Source: Candidatus Pacearchaeota archaeon (GTDB lineage: Archaea; Nanobdellota; Nanobdellia; Pacearchaeales; JAHJTO01). From it: 64,000 bases of DNA. Location of the stretch: positions 296,222 to 360,221 of the forward strand of contig JAWCMS010000001.1 in the NCBI GenBank assembly GCA_038849525.1. The letters run 5' to 3'. Below, one piece after another: positions 18,969 to 27,902 of this stretch (its first letter is position 1; every line of letters begins with the position of its first letter). The translations under genes and the position numbers were made by a program. The notes under the pieces are model-generated. The model made no database searches, was not told the DNA's origin, and saw only the letters and a list, made by a program, of their open reading frames with translations.

Positions 18969-19598
18969 ATGAAATGTCTAAAAAACGCATGGCCTCAATA
19001 TTGGTACGAAAAAGCCATAAAAATAAAGATTCCAAATTGGGTTAAATCTAAAGAAATAGATGTATATAAAGAAAAAGATATTAATAATAAATCTATCTAC
19101 ATCGTGGCTAAAAGTATAGAAGAACTTCTTAATGAACTTGGCTTAAATTTCAATGTTAAGATTAAAGGTAATTTTGAATTTCCTTTTAAAATGCGAGAAA
19201 TTGTCTTTAATGATTTATATGACTTAAAAAAAATTTTTACTCTTAATTCTGCAGTTTTTGTTTTATTTAAAAAATATTTTGGATTTTATACAGATTCATC
19301 GAAAATGATAAAGAAGACTGTTGGAATGAGCTCTTTTTATAGAGGAATTAGTCTTGTACAAGAACTTGACAATAAAGAGAATAATATAGGATTGAATGTT
19401 GTCATAAAACATGAACTTGCACATCTTCTTGGTTTATCGTCGCATCATTTAAATAATAAATGTCTTATGCTACCCCAATTTAATTATAAATTACTTCAAT
19501 TTAATTATAATAAGCTTTGTTACGATTGCTATTCTGCATTAATTGCGTTTTGGAGCGGAATAGAAGAAAAAACAAATAAAAAATATTTAAAATCTTAA
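18969..19598 (+). CDS. Archaemetzincin-like zinc metalloprotease, no signal peptide
   Basis: HELAHLLGLSSHH.x4.CLM...LCYDC resembles the HExxHxxGxxH-C-x4-C-x-M...CxxC archaemetzincin signature. Confidence 0.75.
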   Translation: MKCLKNAWPQYWYEKAIKIKIPNWVKSKEIDVYKEKDINNKSIYIVAKSIEELLNELGLNFNVKIKGNFEFPFKMREIVFNDLYDLKKIFTLNSAVFVLFKKYFGFYTDSSKMIKKTVGMSSFYRGISLVQELDNKENNIGLNVVIKHELAHLLGLSSHHLNNKCLMLPQFNYKLLQFNYNKLCYDCYSALIAFWSGIEEKTNKKYLKS

Positions 19599-19636
19599 AA
19601 AACTTTATAAAGAAAGTTTTTCTTTTTTACAAGAAA

Positions 19637-19711
19637 GGGCGCGTAGCTCAGTCTGGTTAGAGCACTGCTCTGATAAGGCAGGGGTCCTCAGTTCAAATCT
19701 GAGCGTGCCCA
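19637..19711 (+). tRNA. tRNA-Ile(GAT)
   Basis: GGGCGCG/CGTGCCC acceptor, anticodon arm CTGCT CTGATAA GGCAG, T-loop TTCAAAT. Confidence 0.97.
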
Positions 19712-19779
19712 TAAATACTTTTAACCAACAAAAGAAAAGTATATTTATGCCTTTAGTCTAAAGTATTTATCAAATTGTT

Positions 19780-20880
19780 TTGGATAAAATGAGGATAGTA
19801 AAAATCCCAACGTCTCCTGAAATTGTGAAAATAGCAAAAATTTTAGTGGAACATTCAGTGAGAATCAAGAAAGGCGATTATGTGCAGATTCACGCAGGAA
19901 TTCTTGCAAGAGACTTGATTTTGGAGGTTTATAAGCAATGTATTCAGAAAGGGGCTTATCCAAGAGTAAGCATAGATTTTGAAGGCTTAAATTATTTGTA
20001 TTATAAATATTCTTCTAAAGAACAATTAATGCATTTTCCTGATATTGCAATGTATGAAATGAAAAAAACAGATGCTGTGATTTATATCGCTGCTCCAGAG
20101 AACAGATATGAGCTTGCAACGATTCCTCCAGAGCTATTGACTTTAAGACAAAAAACAATTAAGAAAATAACTGATGAAAGATTAAAGAAAAAATGGGTTA
20201 TTTTTGACTATCCTGTTGAAGATTTTGCAAAAGAAGCTCATATGAGCTTGAAAGAGTACAGAAAATTTGTTTTCGAAGCATGTCAACCTGACTGGCAGAA
20301 AATGACAGCATTAATGAAAAAAGTAAAGGCAGCCATTGATAAAGGCAAAAAAGTAAGAATTAAGGCAAAAGATACTGATATTTCTTTTGGAATTAAAGGA
20401 AGGCTCGGAGCGATAGGCAACGGAACTCATAATATGCCTGATGGAGAGGTATGGACTGCTCCTGAAGAAAATACAACTGAAGGTTATATTACATTTACTT
20501 ATCCAAGAGAGTATATGGGAAGGATGATAGAAGGTATAAGACTTGAATTCAAAAAAGGTAAAGTTGTTAAGGCGAGTGCAAAAACAAATTTTGATGTTCT
20601 TGACTCAATGCTTAAGACAGATGAGGGGGCAAGAAAGTTAGGAGAGCTTGGAATAGGATGCAACTTCAAAATCCAGAGATTTACTAATAACTTGCTTTTT
20701 GATGAAAAAATTGGAGGAACGATACATCTTGCTCTCGGAAATGCTTATAAAGAATGCAGGGGCAAGAATGAATCTGCAATACATGCGGATATAATTAAAG
20801 ATCTAAGACCTAAGTTTGGGGGAGGAGAGGTTTGGATTGATGATAAGTTACTGATTAAAGATGGAAAGTTTATGATTTAA
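19780..20880 (+). CDS. Aminopeptidase, M29 (AmpS/AmpT) family
   Basis: NMPDGEVWTAP, LGELGIG.N, LFDEKIGGT.HLALG.AY, N.SAIH.D. Confidence 0.93.
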   Translation: MDKMRIVKIPTSPEIVKIAKILVEHSVRIKKGDYVQIHAGILARDLILEVYKQCIQKGAYPRVSIDFEGLNYLYYKYSSKEQLMHFPDIAMYEMKKTDAVIYIAAPENRYELATIPPELLTLRQKTIKKITDERLKKKWVIFDYPVEDFAKEAHMSLKEYRKFVFEACQPDWQKMTALMKKVKAAIDKGKKVRIKAKDTDISFGIKGRLGAIGNGTHNMPDGEVWTAPEENTTEGYITFTYPREYMGRMIEGIRLEFKKGKVVKASAKTNFDVLDSMLKTDEGARKLGELGIGCNFKIQRFTNNLLFDEKIGGTIHLALGNAYKECRGKNESAIHADIIKDLRPKFGGGEVWIDDKLLIKDGKFMI

Positions 20881-20981
20881 GAAATAAAGAAATGATTAAT
20901 TATTTTATTAGATTGCAATGACCCACGACAGTAACTCTGCTATGTCAATGGCAGCTGTAAATCAATTTCATTACTATTAAC

Positions 20982-22154
20982 ATGAAACCAACAAAATTTC
21001 TTGGATATTTATCAGGAAAACTTATAAAAGGGTGCCAGGAATGTGTTTTGGGTAGAAAGACAGTTCTTTTCATAACAGGAAAATGCTCAAGAAACTGTTA
21101 TTATTGTCCTCTTCCTGAATCAAGAAAAGAAAAAGATGTTGTTTATACCAATGAAAGAAAGCTTTCAAATGTAAATGCTGTTGGTGAGGCAATAGAGGAA
21201 GCGAAACTTTGTAGCAGTAAAGGAATAGGAATAACAGGTGGCGATCCCTTGCTTGTTTTGAAAAGAACGATTAAATTTGTTAATGCATTTAAAAAGAAAT
21301 TTGGTAAGAAATTTCATATTCATATTTATTTACCGACCGATATTGTTTCAGAGCAAAAATTAGAAAAACTTGCAAAAGCCGGTATTGATGAGATAAGATT
21401 TCATCCTTATTTTTTATCTAATGATGTAAGGGGGTTAAAAGCAATTGAATCAGCTTGGCAATTAAAGAAAAAATATCATTGGAAAGTTGGAATTGAAATC
21501 CCTGCTGTCCCTAGTACAGAAAAACAGACAATTGAATTTTTGAAAAAAGTCAAGAATTTAGATTTTTTGAATTTAAATGAGTTTGAAATGCCTTCTTTTA
21601 AGGGAGAGCAGTTAATTAAGAAAGGAATGAAGACTGTTGGCAATTCTGTAGCAATAAAAGGAAGCAGAGAAACTGCATTAAGAATATTAAAAACACTTGA
21701 AAATAAAGTTAATTATCCTATACATTACTGTTCTGCTGCAACTAAGAATTCATTTCAATTCAAAAACCGCTTAAAACGAAGAATAAAAAATGTGAAGAAG
21801 CCATATGATGTTATTACAAAAGATAATAACTTATTTCATGCAGCTATTTACTTGCAGAAAACAAAACCTCTTTTCAACTATGAGAAAAAGATTGGAGAAA
21901 TAAAAAAAGATAAAAAGCAATATTCTAAAATCATTAGGAGGTTAATTTTATTGAGAAGAAAATTTATATCTGAATTTCACATTCCTGAGAATTTAATAGA
22001 AGTCGACAAGCAATTTCTGAGAATTCTGACAACTCCTGCAATTTTAAAATTTGTAAGCGATATAAAATACAAAAATGTTAATATTGCTTTAGTTACTGAA
22101 TTACCCACTTATGATAAAATCATTTTAAATCTTGAATGGTTATATTCTAAATAG
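20982..22154 (+). CDS. Radical SAM protein (archaeal PFL-activase-related, COG2108-like)
   Basis: GC..C..G.K.VLFITG.CSRNCYYCP (CxxxCxxC), ITGGDP, DEIRFH, LNLNEFE. Confidence 0.88.
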   Translation: MKPTKFLGYLSGKLIKGCQECVLGRKTVLFITGKCSRNCYYCPLPESRKEKDVVYTNERKLSNVNAVGEAIEEAKLCSSKGIGITGGDPLLVLKRTIKFVNAFKKKFGKKFHIHIYLPTDIVSEQKLEKLAKAGIDEIRFHPYFLSNDVRGLKAIESAWQLKKKYHWKVGIEIPAVPSTEKQTIEFLKKVKNLDFLNLNEFEMPSFKGEQLIKKGMKTVGNSVAIKGSRETALRILKTLENKVNYPIHYCSAATKNSFQFKNRLKRRIKNVKKPYDVITKDNNLFHAAIYLQKTKPLFNYEKKIGEIKKDKKQYSKIIRRLILLRRKFISEFHIPENLIEVDKQFLRILTTPAILKFVSDIKYKNVNIALVTELPTYDKIILNLEWLYSK

Positions 22155-22163
22155 CAAAATCTT

Positions 22164-22814
22164 TTATTGTTCTGGTTTCAATTCGAGAATTAGCTTACCA
22201 TCTTTTAAATGAGATTTCAATATTGGTAATGAGATTGGAATAAGCTTGAAAAATGCCTTATCTTTTGTAAAAGCTTTTATCTCTATCGAATTTTGAAGTC
22301 TTGAGATTATTATATTTTCTTTTTCAACTCCAGGCATATCTATCTCATAAATTATCCTATCTGCTAATCTTCTAACGCTTGTTGAAGGTTCTTCCTTGGG
22401 CAGTTTTGATAATTTTTCCAGCTGTTTCTCAGAAAGATTCTTTTTTTGAAAACCTTCTTTTATAGCTTCTTTTTCATTTTCTTTTCTTATTTCTTTTTTA
22501 TCACCTATAGTTCGTACTTTTATAATGGGCTGTCCATTTACCGAAGAAATTGAAATGCTTATTCCTTCGGTCATTACTTTTGGCTTTTTTTCTTCTTCAG
22601 CAAATGTTGGCATTTGTTCATCTAATTCTCTAAATTGCTTTTCTATCTGTTTTTCTAATTGCTTAAAAATTGTATTAAAAGGAAAACCTATTCTAAATGA
22701 AGGCTCAAAGAAATTTTCTTTTTCTCTGAAAGAATAGCCGCAAAAAGGACAAAAGTAATGTTTCTTTGAGGTTTTTTTACCACATTGAGGACAAATTTTA
22801 TTGCTTCCAAACAT
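22164..22814 (-). CDS. Zinc-ribbon plus Hsp20/alpha-crystallin-like protein
   Basis: CPQCG..CPFCG; EEP.T.VRR...IIYEIDMPGV...I.I..L.NSIEIKA. Confidence 0.8.
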   Translation of the reverse strand: MFGSNKICPQCGKKTSKKHYFCPFCGYSFREKENFFEPSFRIGFPFNTIFKQLEKQIEKQFRELDEQMPTFAEEEKKPKVMTEGISISISSVNGQPIIKVRTIGDKKEIRKENEKEAIKEGFQKKNLSEKQLEKLSKLPKEEPSTSVRRLADRIIYEIDMPGVEKENIIISRLQNSIEIKAFTKDKAFFKLIPISLPILKSHLKDGKLILELKPEQ

Positions 22815-22903
22815 ACTTTTGTCTACCTTATAGTCTTTAAAAAGATTGCTATTCGATTCTATAGAAAATCGATTATTGAAAACTGACGTAATTTGTTATT
22901 AAT

Positions 22904-23071
22904 TTACTTAACAAGCATCTGTGCTATTTCTCTTAATTTTTCAATAAGCATCTCTGCTGTGTCTTCCTCTATCTTTCTGCCTTCTCCTACTTCAAGTTCC
23001 TCTTCTTTTAAGATTTCAATCCAGTTTATTAAATCACGAATTTTATCAGCTATTGCTCTGGTATTTACCAT
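22904..23071 (-). CDS. 55-aa hypothetical protein (not in ORF track)
   Basis: Hand translation MVNTRAIADKIRDLINWIEILKEEELEVGEGRKIEEDTAEMLIEKLREIAQMLVK; fills the gap and is co-oriented with its neighbours. Confidence 0.65.
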   Translation of the reverse strand: MVNTRAIADKIRDLINWIEILKEEELEVGEGRKIEEDTAEMLIEKLREIAQMLVK

Positions 23072-23125
23072 ATCTTATCTAATCTATAACAATTTAAAAA
23101 ACTTGTCACTTTTATAACTATTAGA

Positions 23126-23581
23126 TTATTCAAGTTTCTCAAATTTGAGTTCTTTTATTTTTTTCATTACTTTAGAGATAAATTCATCTATTTGATTTTG
23201 CTTTACTCCTTTTCTTGAAGCTATCGTCTTGACTATCAATTCCACTTTAAAGTAGTTTTTTATTTTTTCATTGAGCTCTTTCCATTTTATTCCTTGTAAA
23301 GACTGTGCAATCTTTTCATCGTAAGGTAAAATGCCTTTTAACATAAGAAAGGCAATCGAAGGATAGCCTAAGTAACCTTTATAAAAACTGCCATTGTCAT
23401 TGCTAGTAATTGCTTTTTTACCATCGAAAGTTACAGAATAAGTTTTTTCATTCGTGCTACTTTTTACCTTCGCTTTATTCTCTTTTATTTCTATTCTTTT
23501 ATCTGCTATTGTTCCTAAAGCTTCGAGAATTTTTATTCTGGGAGGTATTAACCAGAGGTTTGAATCTTTTTTTATAGGCAT
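23126..23581 (-). CDS. Hypothetical protein with conserved-looking motifs
   Basis: PP.IKILEALG.IAD.RI, SNDNGS...GYLGYPSIAFLM. Confidence 0.75.
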   Translation of the reverse strand: MPIKKDSNLWLIPPRIKILEALGTIADKRIEIKENKAKVKSSTNEKTYSVTFDGKKAITSNDNGSFYKGYLGYPSIAFLMLKGILPYDEKIAQSLQGIKWKELNEKIKNYFKVELIVKTIASRKGVKQNQIDEFISKVMKKIKELKFEKLE

Positions 23582-24911
23582 GATTATAATGGATAATAGT
23601 AAGAGAAGAGGCCAAAAATTCTTTTATTGGTTTCCATATAATTTTTAAAATAGGCTTTGCTGGTTTAACTGGCTTTACTTCTTTTATTTGAGAAAATAAA
23701 GGTGCGATAACTAAAATACGTGCTATTCCTGAAACTATAAATACAAAAAGGAAGATATTCATAAATGTTATATTTAATGATGCTAAAATACCTCCGATAG
23801 TTGCGCCTAAGAATACAGCAAATCCATTTAATATAGAAATATACGCGATACATAAATTCATTCTTTCTTTAGAAACCGCAACATAAGTAAAAGTTCCTGA
23901 TGCAAGATTAAAGCCTGCCCATACTATTCCAGAAATTACTTGTACTAATGCAAGCCAGTAAACTGATGGTGAGATAACCCATAATAAAGGAACAAAAGGG
24001 ATTGCCCATACAGTAACCGCCATTGTTCTTACACAACCATATTTATCTATAAACTTACCCCATAAAGGCATTGTAAGCAAATTTGCAGTGCCACTAATTA
24101 CTAAATTTATTAAAGTAAATGTAAAATAATCAAATTTCAGAACCTTAAGCATATAAGGTGTGAAAAAAGGAGCCGCTATATTTACTGAAAAAATTAGTAA
24201 GGCTATAAATAAAGCAAATCTTCCATAATTATTTGTTGGAGTTTTTTTTATAAATTCCCAAAATGAAAAGTAATAATCTTTCTTTAATTTTAATTTAGGT
24301 TCATATTGCTTTTTTAAGTAATGCCTTGAGATAGTTCTACCCATTGCGGCTATAAGAAAAAGAGTTGTAAATCCTAAAAAGACATAACCTGCTTCTTTGA
24401 ATTTATCAAGAATTAAACCCGCTAAAATTATTGTAATTATACTTGTTATTCCAAAAATTTTATTCCTTGCTCCAAAATACTTGCCTATATGAATTTTTTC
24501 GGTTAAATCTTTCATCCATGAATTCCATGCTGGTGAAATGAACAGTCCTGTTGAACAGTGTATTGTAAATAATGCAATTAAAAGAGTTACTGCGATTGTA
24601 GGACTTTTAAAAAGCAATAAACCTATTCCTGCAATCATTATATACATTAAAATTTGAATTAAAACTCCTACAAGAACAATTTTTTTTCTAGAAAATTTTT
24701 CCATGGCTTTTGGAGTAAATAATTCTACTGGAATAAGTGTTGGAAGAGCAGAAAGTAAACCAAGCTGGAAATTTGTTGCTCCTAAAGAAACAGCATATGC
24801 TGAAACAAAGTTATCTCCAGATCCTCCTGCAACAGTTGCTGCAATTCCGTCTTTTGTGCTATAATTTAACGCTTTTTCTATCTCTTTTTTTTCATTAAAT
24901 CTTTCTTGCAT
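23499..24911 (-). CDS. MFS transporter
   Basis: About 12 hydrophobic segments, WNSWMKDL, WGKFIDKYG motif-A-like; tail overlaps the next gene by 83 nt. Confidence 0.88.
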   Translation of the reverse strand: MQERFNEKKEIEKALNYSTKDGIAATVAGGSGDNFVSAYAVSLGATNFQLGLLSALPTLIPVELFTPKAMEKFSRKKIVLVGVLIQILMYIMIAGIGLLLFKSPTIAVTLLIALFTIHCSTGLFISPAWNSWMKDLTEKIHIGKYFGARNKIFGITSIITIILAGLILDKFKEAGYVFLGFTTLFLIAAMGRTISRHYLKKQYEPKLKLKKDYYFSFWEFIKKTPTNNYGRFALFIALLIFSVNIAAPFFTPYMLKVLKFDYFTFTLINLVISGTANLLTMPLWGKFIDKYGCVRTMAVTVWAIPFVPLLWVISPSVYWLALVQVISGIVWAGFNLASGTFTYVAVSKERMNLCIAYISILNGFAVFLGATIGGILASLNITFMNIFLFVFIVSGIARILVIAPLFSQIKEVKPVKPAKPILKIIWKPIKEFLASSLTIIHYNHAYKKRFKPLVNTSQNKNSRSFRNNSR

Positions 24912-24960
24912 ATTAATCTCTTTTTATTTTATCCAAAAAATCAATTTTAGTTTTTAAACC

Positions 24961-25590
24961 TTATTTTAAACAAATAATTCCTGAAGAGATTTCATCTAAA
25001 AATACCCTTCTAAATCCTATTTTTTTTAGATTACTTATTATTTTAGGTTTGAAATTATTTTTATTCTTTGTTTTTCCTGGAGAAGGACAGTAATGCCATA
25101 GTTTTCCATTTTTTTTTAAAACTTCCCAGATTTCTTTATAAAATTCTTTTGAATAAAGTTCTGGCGCAAGCGAGAATGTTGGTGGATCATGTATTATTGT
25201 ATCGAATGTTTCTTTAGAAAATTCTTTTATTTTTTTAGTAACATCATCGTTAATTAAAATAATCTTTTTATTTTCAAATAGTTCTTTGCTGTAGAGATTA
25301 AGTTTTGCTATTTCTATTACATTTTTGTCTTTTTCAATTGTAATTACTTTTTTTACATTTTTTAGTTGCGCAGCATAAATAGCGGTATATCCTAAACCTG
25401 TACATGTATCAAGAACGATTCCGTAAGGCTTGACAGCATTTATTTTGGTTTTAGTATCTTGTAGAGGATTCATTTTTATGTGACGATGCATAGGCACACC
25501 AGAAATTTTTAATGTTGGTGGATCTCCATATAATTGGTAGAACTTGTTTGTTTCTTTTGAGAAAAATTGTATCTTTTTTTGATTTATCAT
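24961..25590 (-). CDS. Class I SAM-dependent methyltransferase (COG2521-like archaeal family)
   Basis: PTL.ISGVPMH, VLDTCTGLGYTAI, IIHDPPTFSLAPELYS. Confidence 0.85.
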   Translation of the reverse strand: MINQKKIQFFSKETNKFYQLYGDPPTLKISGVPMHRHIKMNPLQDTKTKINAVKPYGIVLDTCTGLGYTAIYAAQLKNVKKVITIEKDKNVIEIAKLNLYSKELFENKKIILINDDVTKKIKEFSKETFDTIIHDPPTFSLAPELYSKEFYKEIWEVLKKNGKLWHYCPSPGKTKNKNNFKPKIISNLKKIGFRRVFLDEISSGIICLK

Positions 25591-25619
25591 TTTTTAATTA
25601 AAAACGTGATTTAATAATA

Positions 25620-25690
25620 TGCGCCGCCCGGGAATCGAACCCGGCTCACAAGCTTGGGAAGCTCGTATCATACCGATAGACCAGCAGCGC
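25620..25690 (-). tRNA. tRNA-Gly(CCC)
   Basis: GCGCTGC/GCGGCGC acceptor, CGAGC TTCCCAA GCTTG arm, T-loop TTCGATT. Confidence 0.96.
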
Positions 25691-25725
25691 TTAATTTAAT
25701 AATATTACTTCAGAATTATTAAATG

Positions 25726-26481
25726 TTATTTGTAATGATTATTAAGATGCTTCAAAGGCTTGAATATTTTGAAAAACCATATAAGATAGTTGATTAATCT
25801 TCTTCTCTCTTCTCTTATTTCTTTTGGCATTTTGTTTTTTGAGAATATTACTGTTATTTGTTTGTCTGTTATAGGCCTTGCGTAAGTCATCTTTCCGTAT
25901 TTTTTTGAAAAATATTTATTTGTTTTTAACCATCCATTTCTACTCTTTTTATGCTTTATAAAATCTAAAATTGCATCCTTTACAATCTTTTGCTGGTTTT
26001 CTTTAATGTAACTATAACCTTTACTTGCAATTTCGAAAAGTTTATCTTGCATTTGAGGAGAAAAATATTTTCCCATTAAATTAAGAAATTGTCTTCTTTC
26101 AACAGCTTTTTTGTATTCTTGCTTGCTGATTATACCATAATCTATTGCTTTTTTTAAATATCTGTTAATATGGCTCACTTTTTCTTTAGAGATATGGTAT
26201 TTTTTAACAAGTATTTCGATAGGAATAATTGTTTCTACATATTCTTGAGCAAATTTATCAAGTTCAAAATCAAGATTATATTTATGCGCAGGAAGAATTT
26301 TGTCAGCAAGATTTCTTGAAATTAATGCATCATAAAATGCAATATCTTCTTTTGCAACTTCCCATCTTGATTTTCCTGAATGAAATTTTTGATAATAATT
26401 TTTAAAATCATTTTCATTTAATGTTCTCCAAGGAAGATTTCTTCCTTCTTTCTTTGCCTTCATCAAATCATCAAGTGTCAT
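25726..26481 (-). CDS. Hypothetical basic protein next to tRNA-Gly
   Basis: 251-aa ORF with typical codon pattern; no family recognised. Confidence 0.6.
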   Translation of the reverse strand: MTLDDLMKAKKEGRNLPWRTLNENDFKNYYQKFHSGKSRWEVAKEDIAFYDALISRNLADKILPAHKYNLDFELDKFAQEYVETIIPIEILVKKYHISKEKVSHINRYLKKAIDYGIISKQEYKKAVERRQFLNLMGKYFSPQMQDKLFEIASKGYSYIKENQQKIVKDAILDFIKHKKSRNGWLKTNKYFSKKYGKMTYARPITDKQITVIFSKNKMPKEIREERRRLINYLIWFFKIFKPLKHLNNHYK

Positions 26482-26546
26482 TGAAAAACAAATTTCTTAT
26501 CTTTTTTTAAATTTTATGTTTGTTTTCACTAAAAAGTAATATTAAA

Positions 26547-27254
26547 TTAATGCTTTGCGATTTTCCACATATGTTCAAAAAAAATTCGATAAGAATTTGC
26601 TATTTCAGCATTTTTAATGATTATTGCCAAAGGCCTTTCCTTATTCCAGAGAATAATAGCAACTTTATCTGCATAAATGTTGATTGCAGCAGGTCCTAGA
26701 TTAGGAAGATAACGTATTTCTGATAGAGGCGCTTTTATTTTACCTTTGGCAGAGATATCTGCAATTAATTTGAGTTTGATATGTTTTTCCTGCCTTCTTT
26801 TATTATACCACTTGAAATAAAACTGAAGGATTTCTCCGGCTTCTGGGCTTGCACCCATAACTAATATTTCCTTTCCTTCCGTTATTTGGTCTTCAAATGC
26901 TGTTTTTAAGCCGTCTTTTCCTCGATAGAACAAAGTTTCTTCTTTTGCCTTTGTTTTCATAAATAACTTGATAAGTTCTGGAAGCTCTGATTTTAGTTGT
27001 TCTTCTCTTTCTTTTTCCAAATCTATCAATCTTTTAGGATTTACAGCTTCAAAATATTTTCTGTTGTTCTTTATTATGTAAGAAATCAAACCTTTTTCAG
27101 CAAGCCTGTCAAGAGCATCATAGATTGTTCTTCTATGAATCCCAGACTTTTTAGAAATCTGTCCAGCCAAGGATGGGCCAAGGTCTATTAGAGTTAGATA
27201 GACTTTTGACTCTACCCTTGTCAGGCCTGCTTTTATCAAACTCTCCCCAAGCAT
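26547..27254 (-). CDS. TrmB family transcriptional regulator
   Basis: GLT..ESKVYLTL...G...A..ISKKSGIHR..IYDAL.RL.EKGLI HTH followed by an effector-type domain. Confidence 0.9.
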   Translation of the reverse strand: MLGESLIKAGLTRVESKVYLTLIDLGPSLAGQISKKSGIHRRTIYDALDRLAEKGLISYIIKNNRKYFEAVNPKRLIDLEKEREEQLKSELPELIKLFMKTKAKEETLFYRGKDGLKTAFEDQITEGKEILVMGASPEAGEILQFYFKWYNKRRQEKHIKLKLIADISAKGKIKAPLSEIRYLPNLGPAAINIYADKVAIILWNKERPLAIIIKNAEIANSYRIFFEHMWKIAKH

Positions 27255-27287
27255 AATATTTTTCTGTTTCCAAGATTTAAATAGTTT

Positions 27288-27319
27288 ATTATTATGGTGA
27301 TATTATTCACCACAATAAT
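27288..27319. promoter_or_regulatory. Inverted repeat ATTATTRTGGTGA-N6-TCACCAYAATAAT between divergent TATA boxes
   Basis: 12 of 13 arm positions complementary; TATA-like boxes at about 27275-27282 and 27319-27326. Confidence 0.7.
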
Positions 27320-27361
27320 TTAATTATATGCTTTTTATTATTCTTTTTTAAGGAGAAAAAA

Positions 27362-27853
27362 ATGGCAAGCGAAAGAACAGAACCTGAAAAGGCAGTCAGG
27401 AAGTTGATCGCAACAAATGACTTAAGAATTCCTTTTTCAAGCATATATCAGAAGATAAAAGCTTATGAAAATAATATTGCATCAGGTGTACAAGGATATG
27501 TTAATGAAAAAGCCGATTTCGGAAATTCTGTAATTGCATATATTGAATATAAAGATAAGAATGTTGCAAGAGGAATGAGGGAAGGAATTGAAGAATTCAA
27601 AAAACAATATCCAAGATATGGCGCAATTCTTGAAGGTTTGATTCAAGAAAAAAGAATTAAAAGAGAAATCCATTTAATCTATAGATTGAATGAAGGTTAT
27701 AAACTCCACGATAATGAATATGTGTCTGTAATAAAAGATGTTGCTGGTTTGAATGATTTAGAAGCCGAAAAAATTTTTCCAGAGATTATGAAAGTTTCTG
27801 ATAGGCTTAAGAAAAAGAGAAAAGAAGGGTTAAGAGAAATTTTAATAGGCTAA
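27362..27853 (+). CDS. Hypothetical protein divergent from the TrmB-family gene
   Basis: 163-aa ORF with AGGAG Shine-Dalgarno-like site upstream. Confidence 0.75.
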   Translation: MASERTEPEKAVRKLIATNDLRIPFSSIYQKIKAYENNIASGVQGYVNEKADFGNSVIAYIEYKDKNVARGMREGIEEFKKQYPRYGAILEGLIQEKRIKREIHLIYRLNEGYKLHDNEYVSVIKDVAGLNDLEAEKIFPEIMKVSDRLKKKRKEGLREILIG

Positions 27854-27902
27854 TCTCTTTTAAGAAGGAAAACTTTTTAACTTTCTTTCTTTTTATTTTG
27901 TT

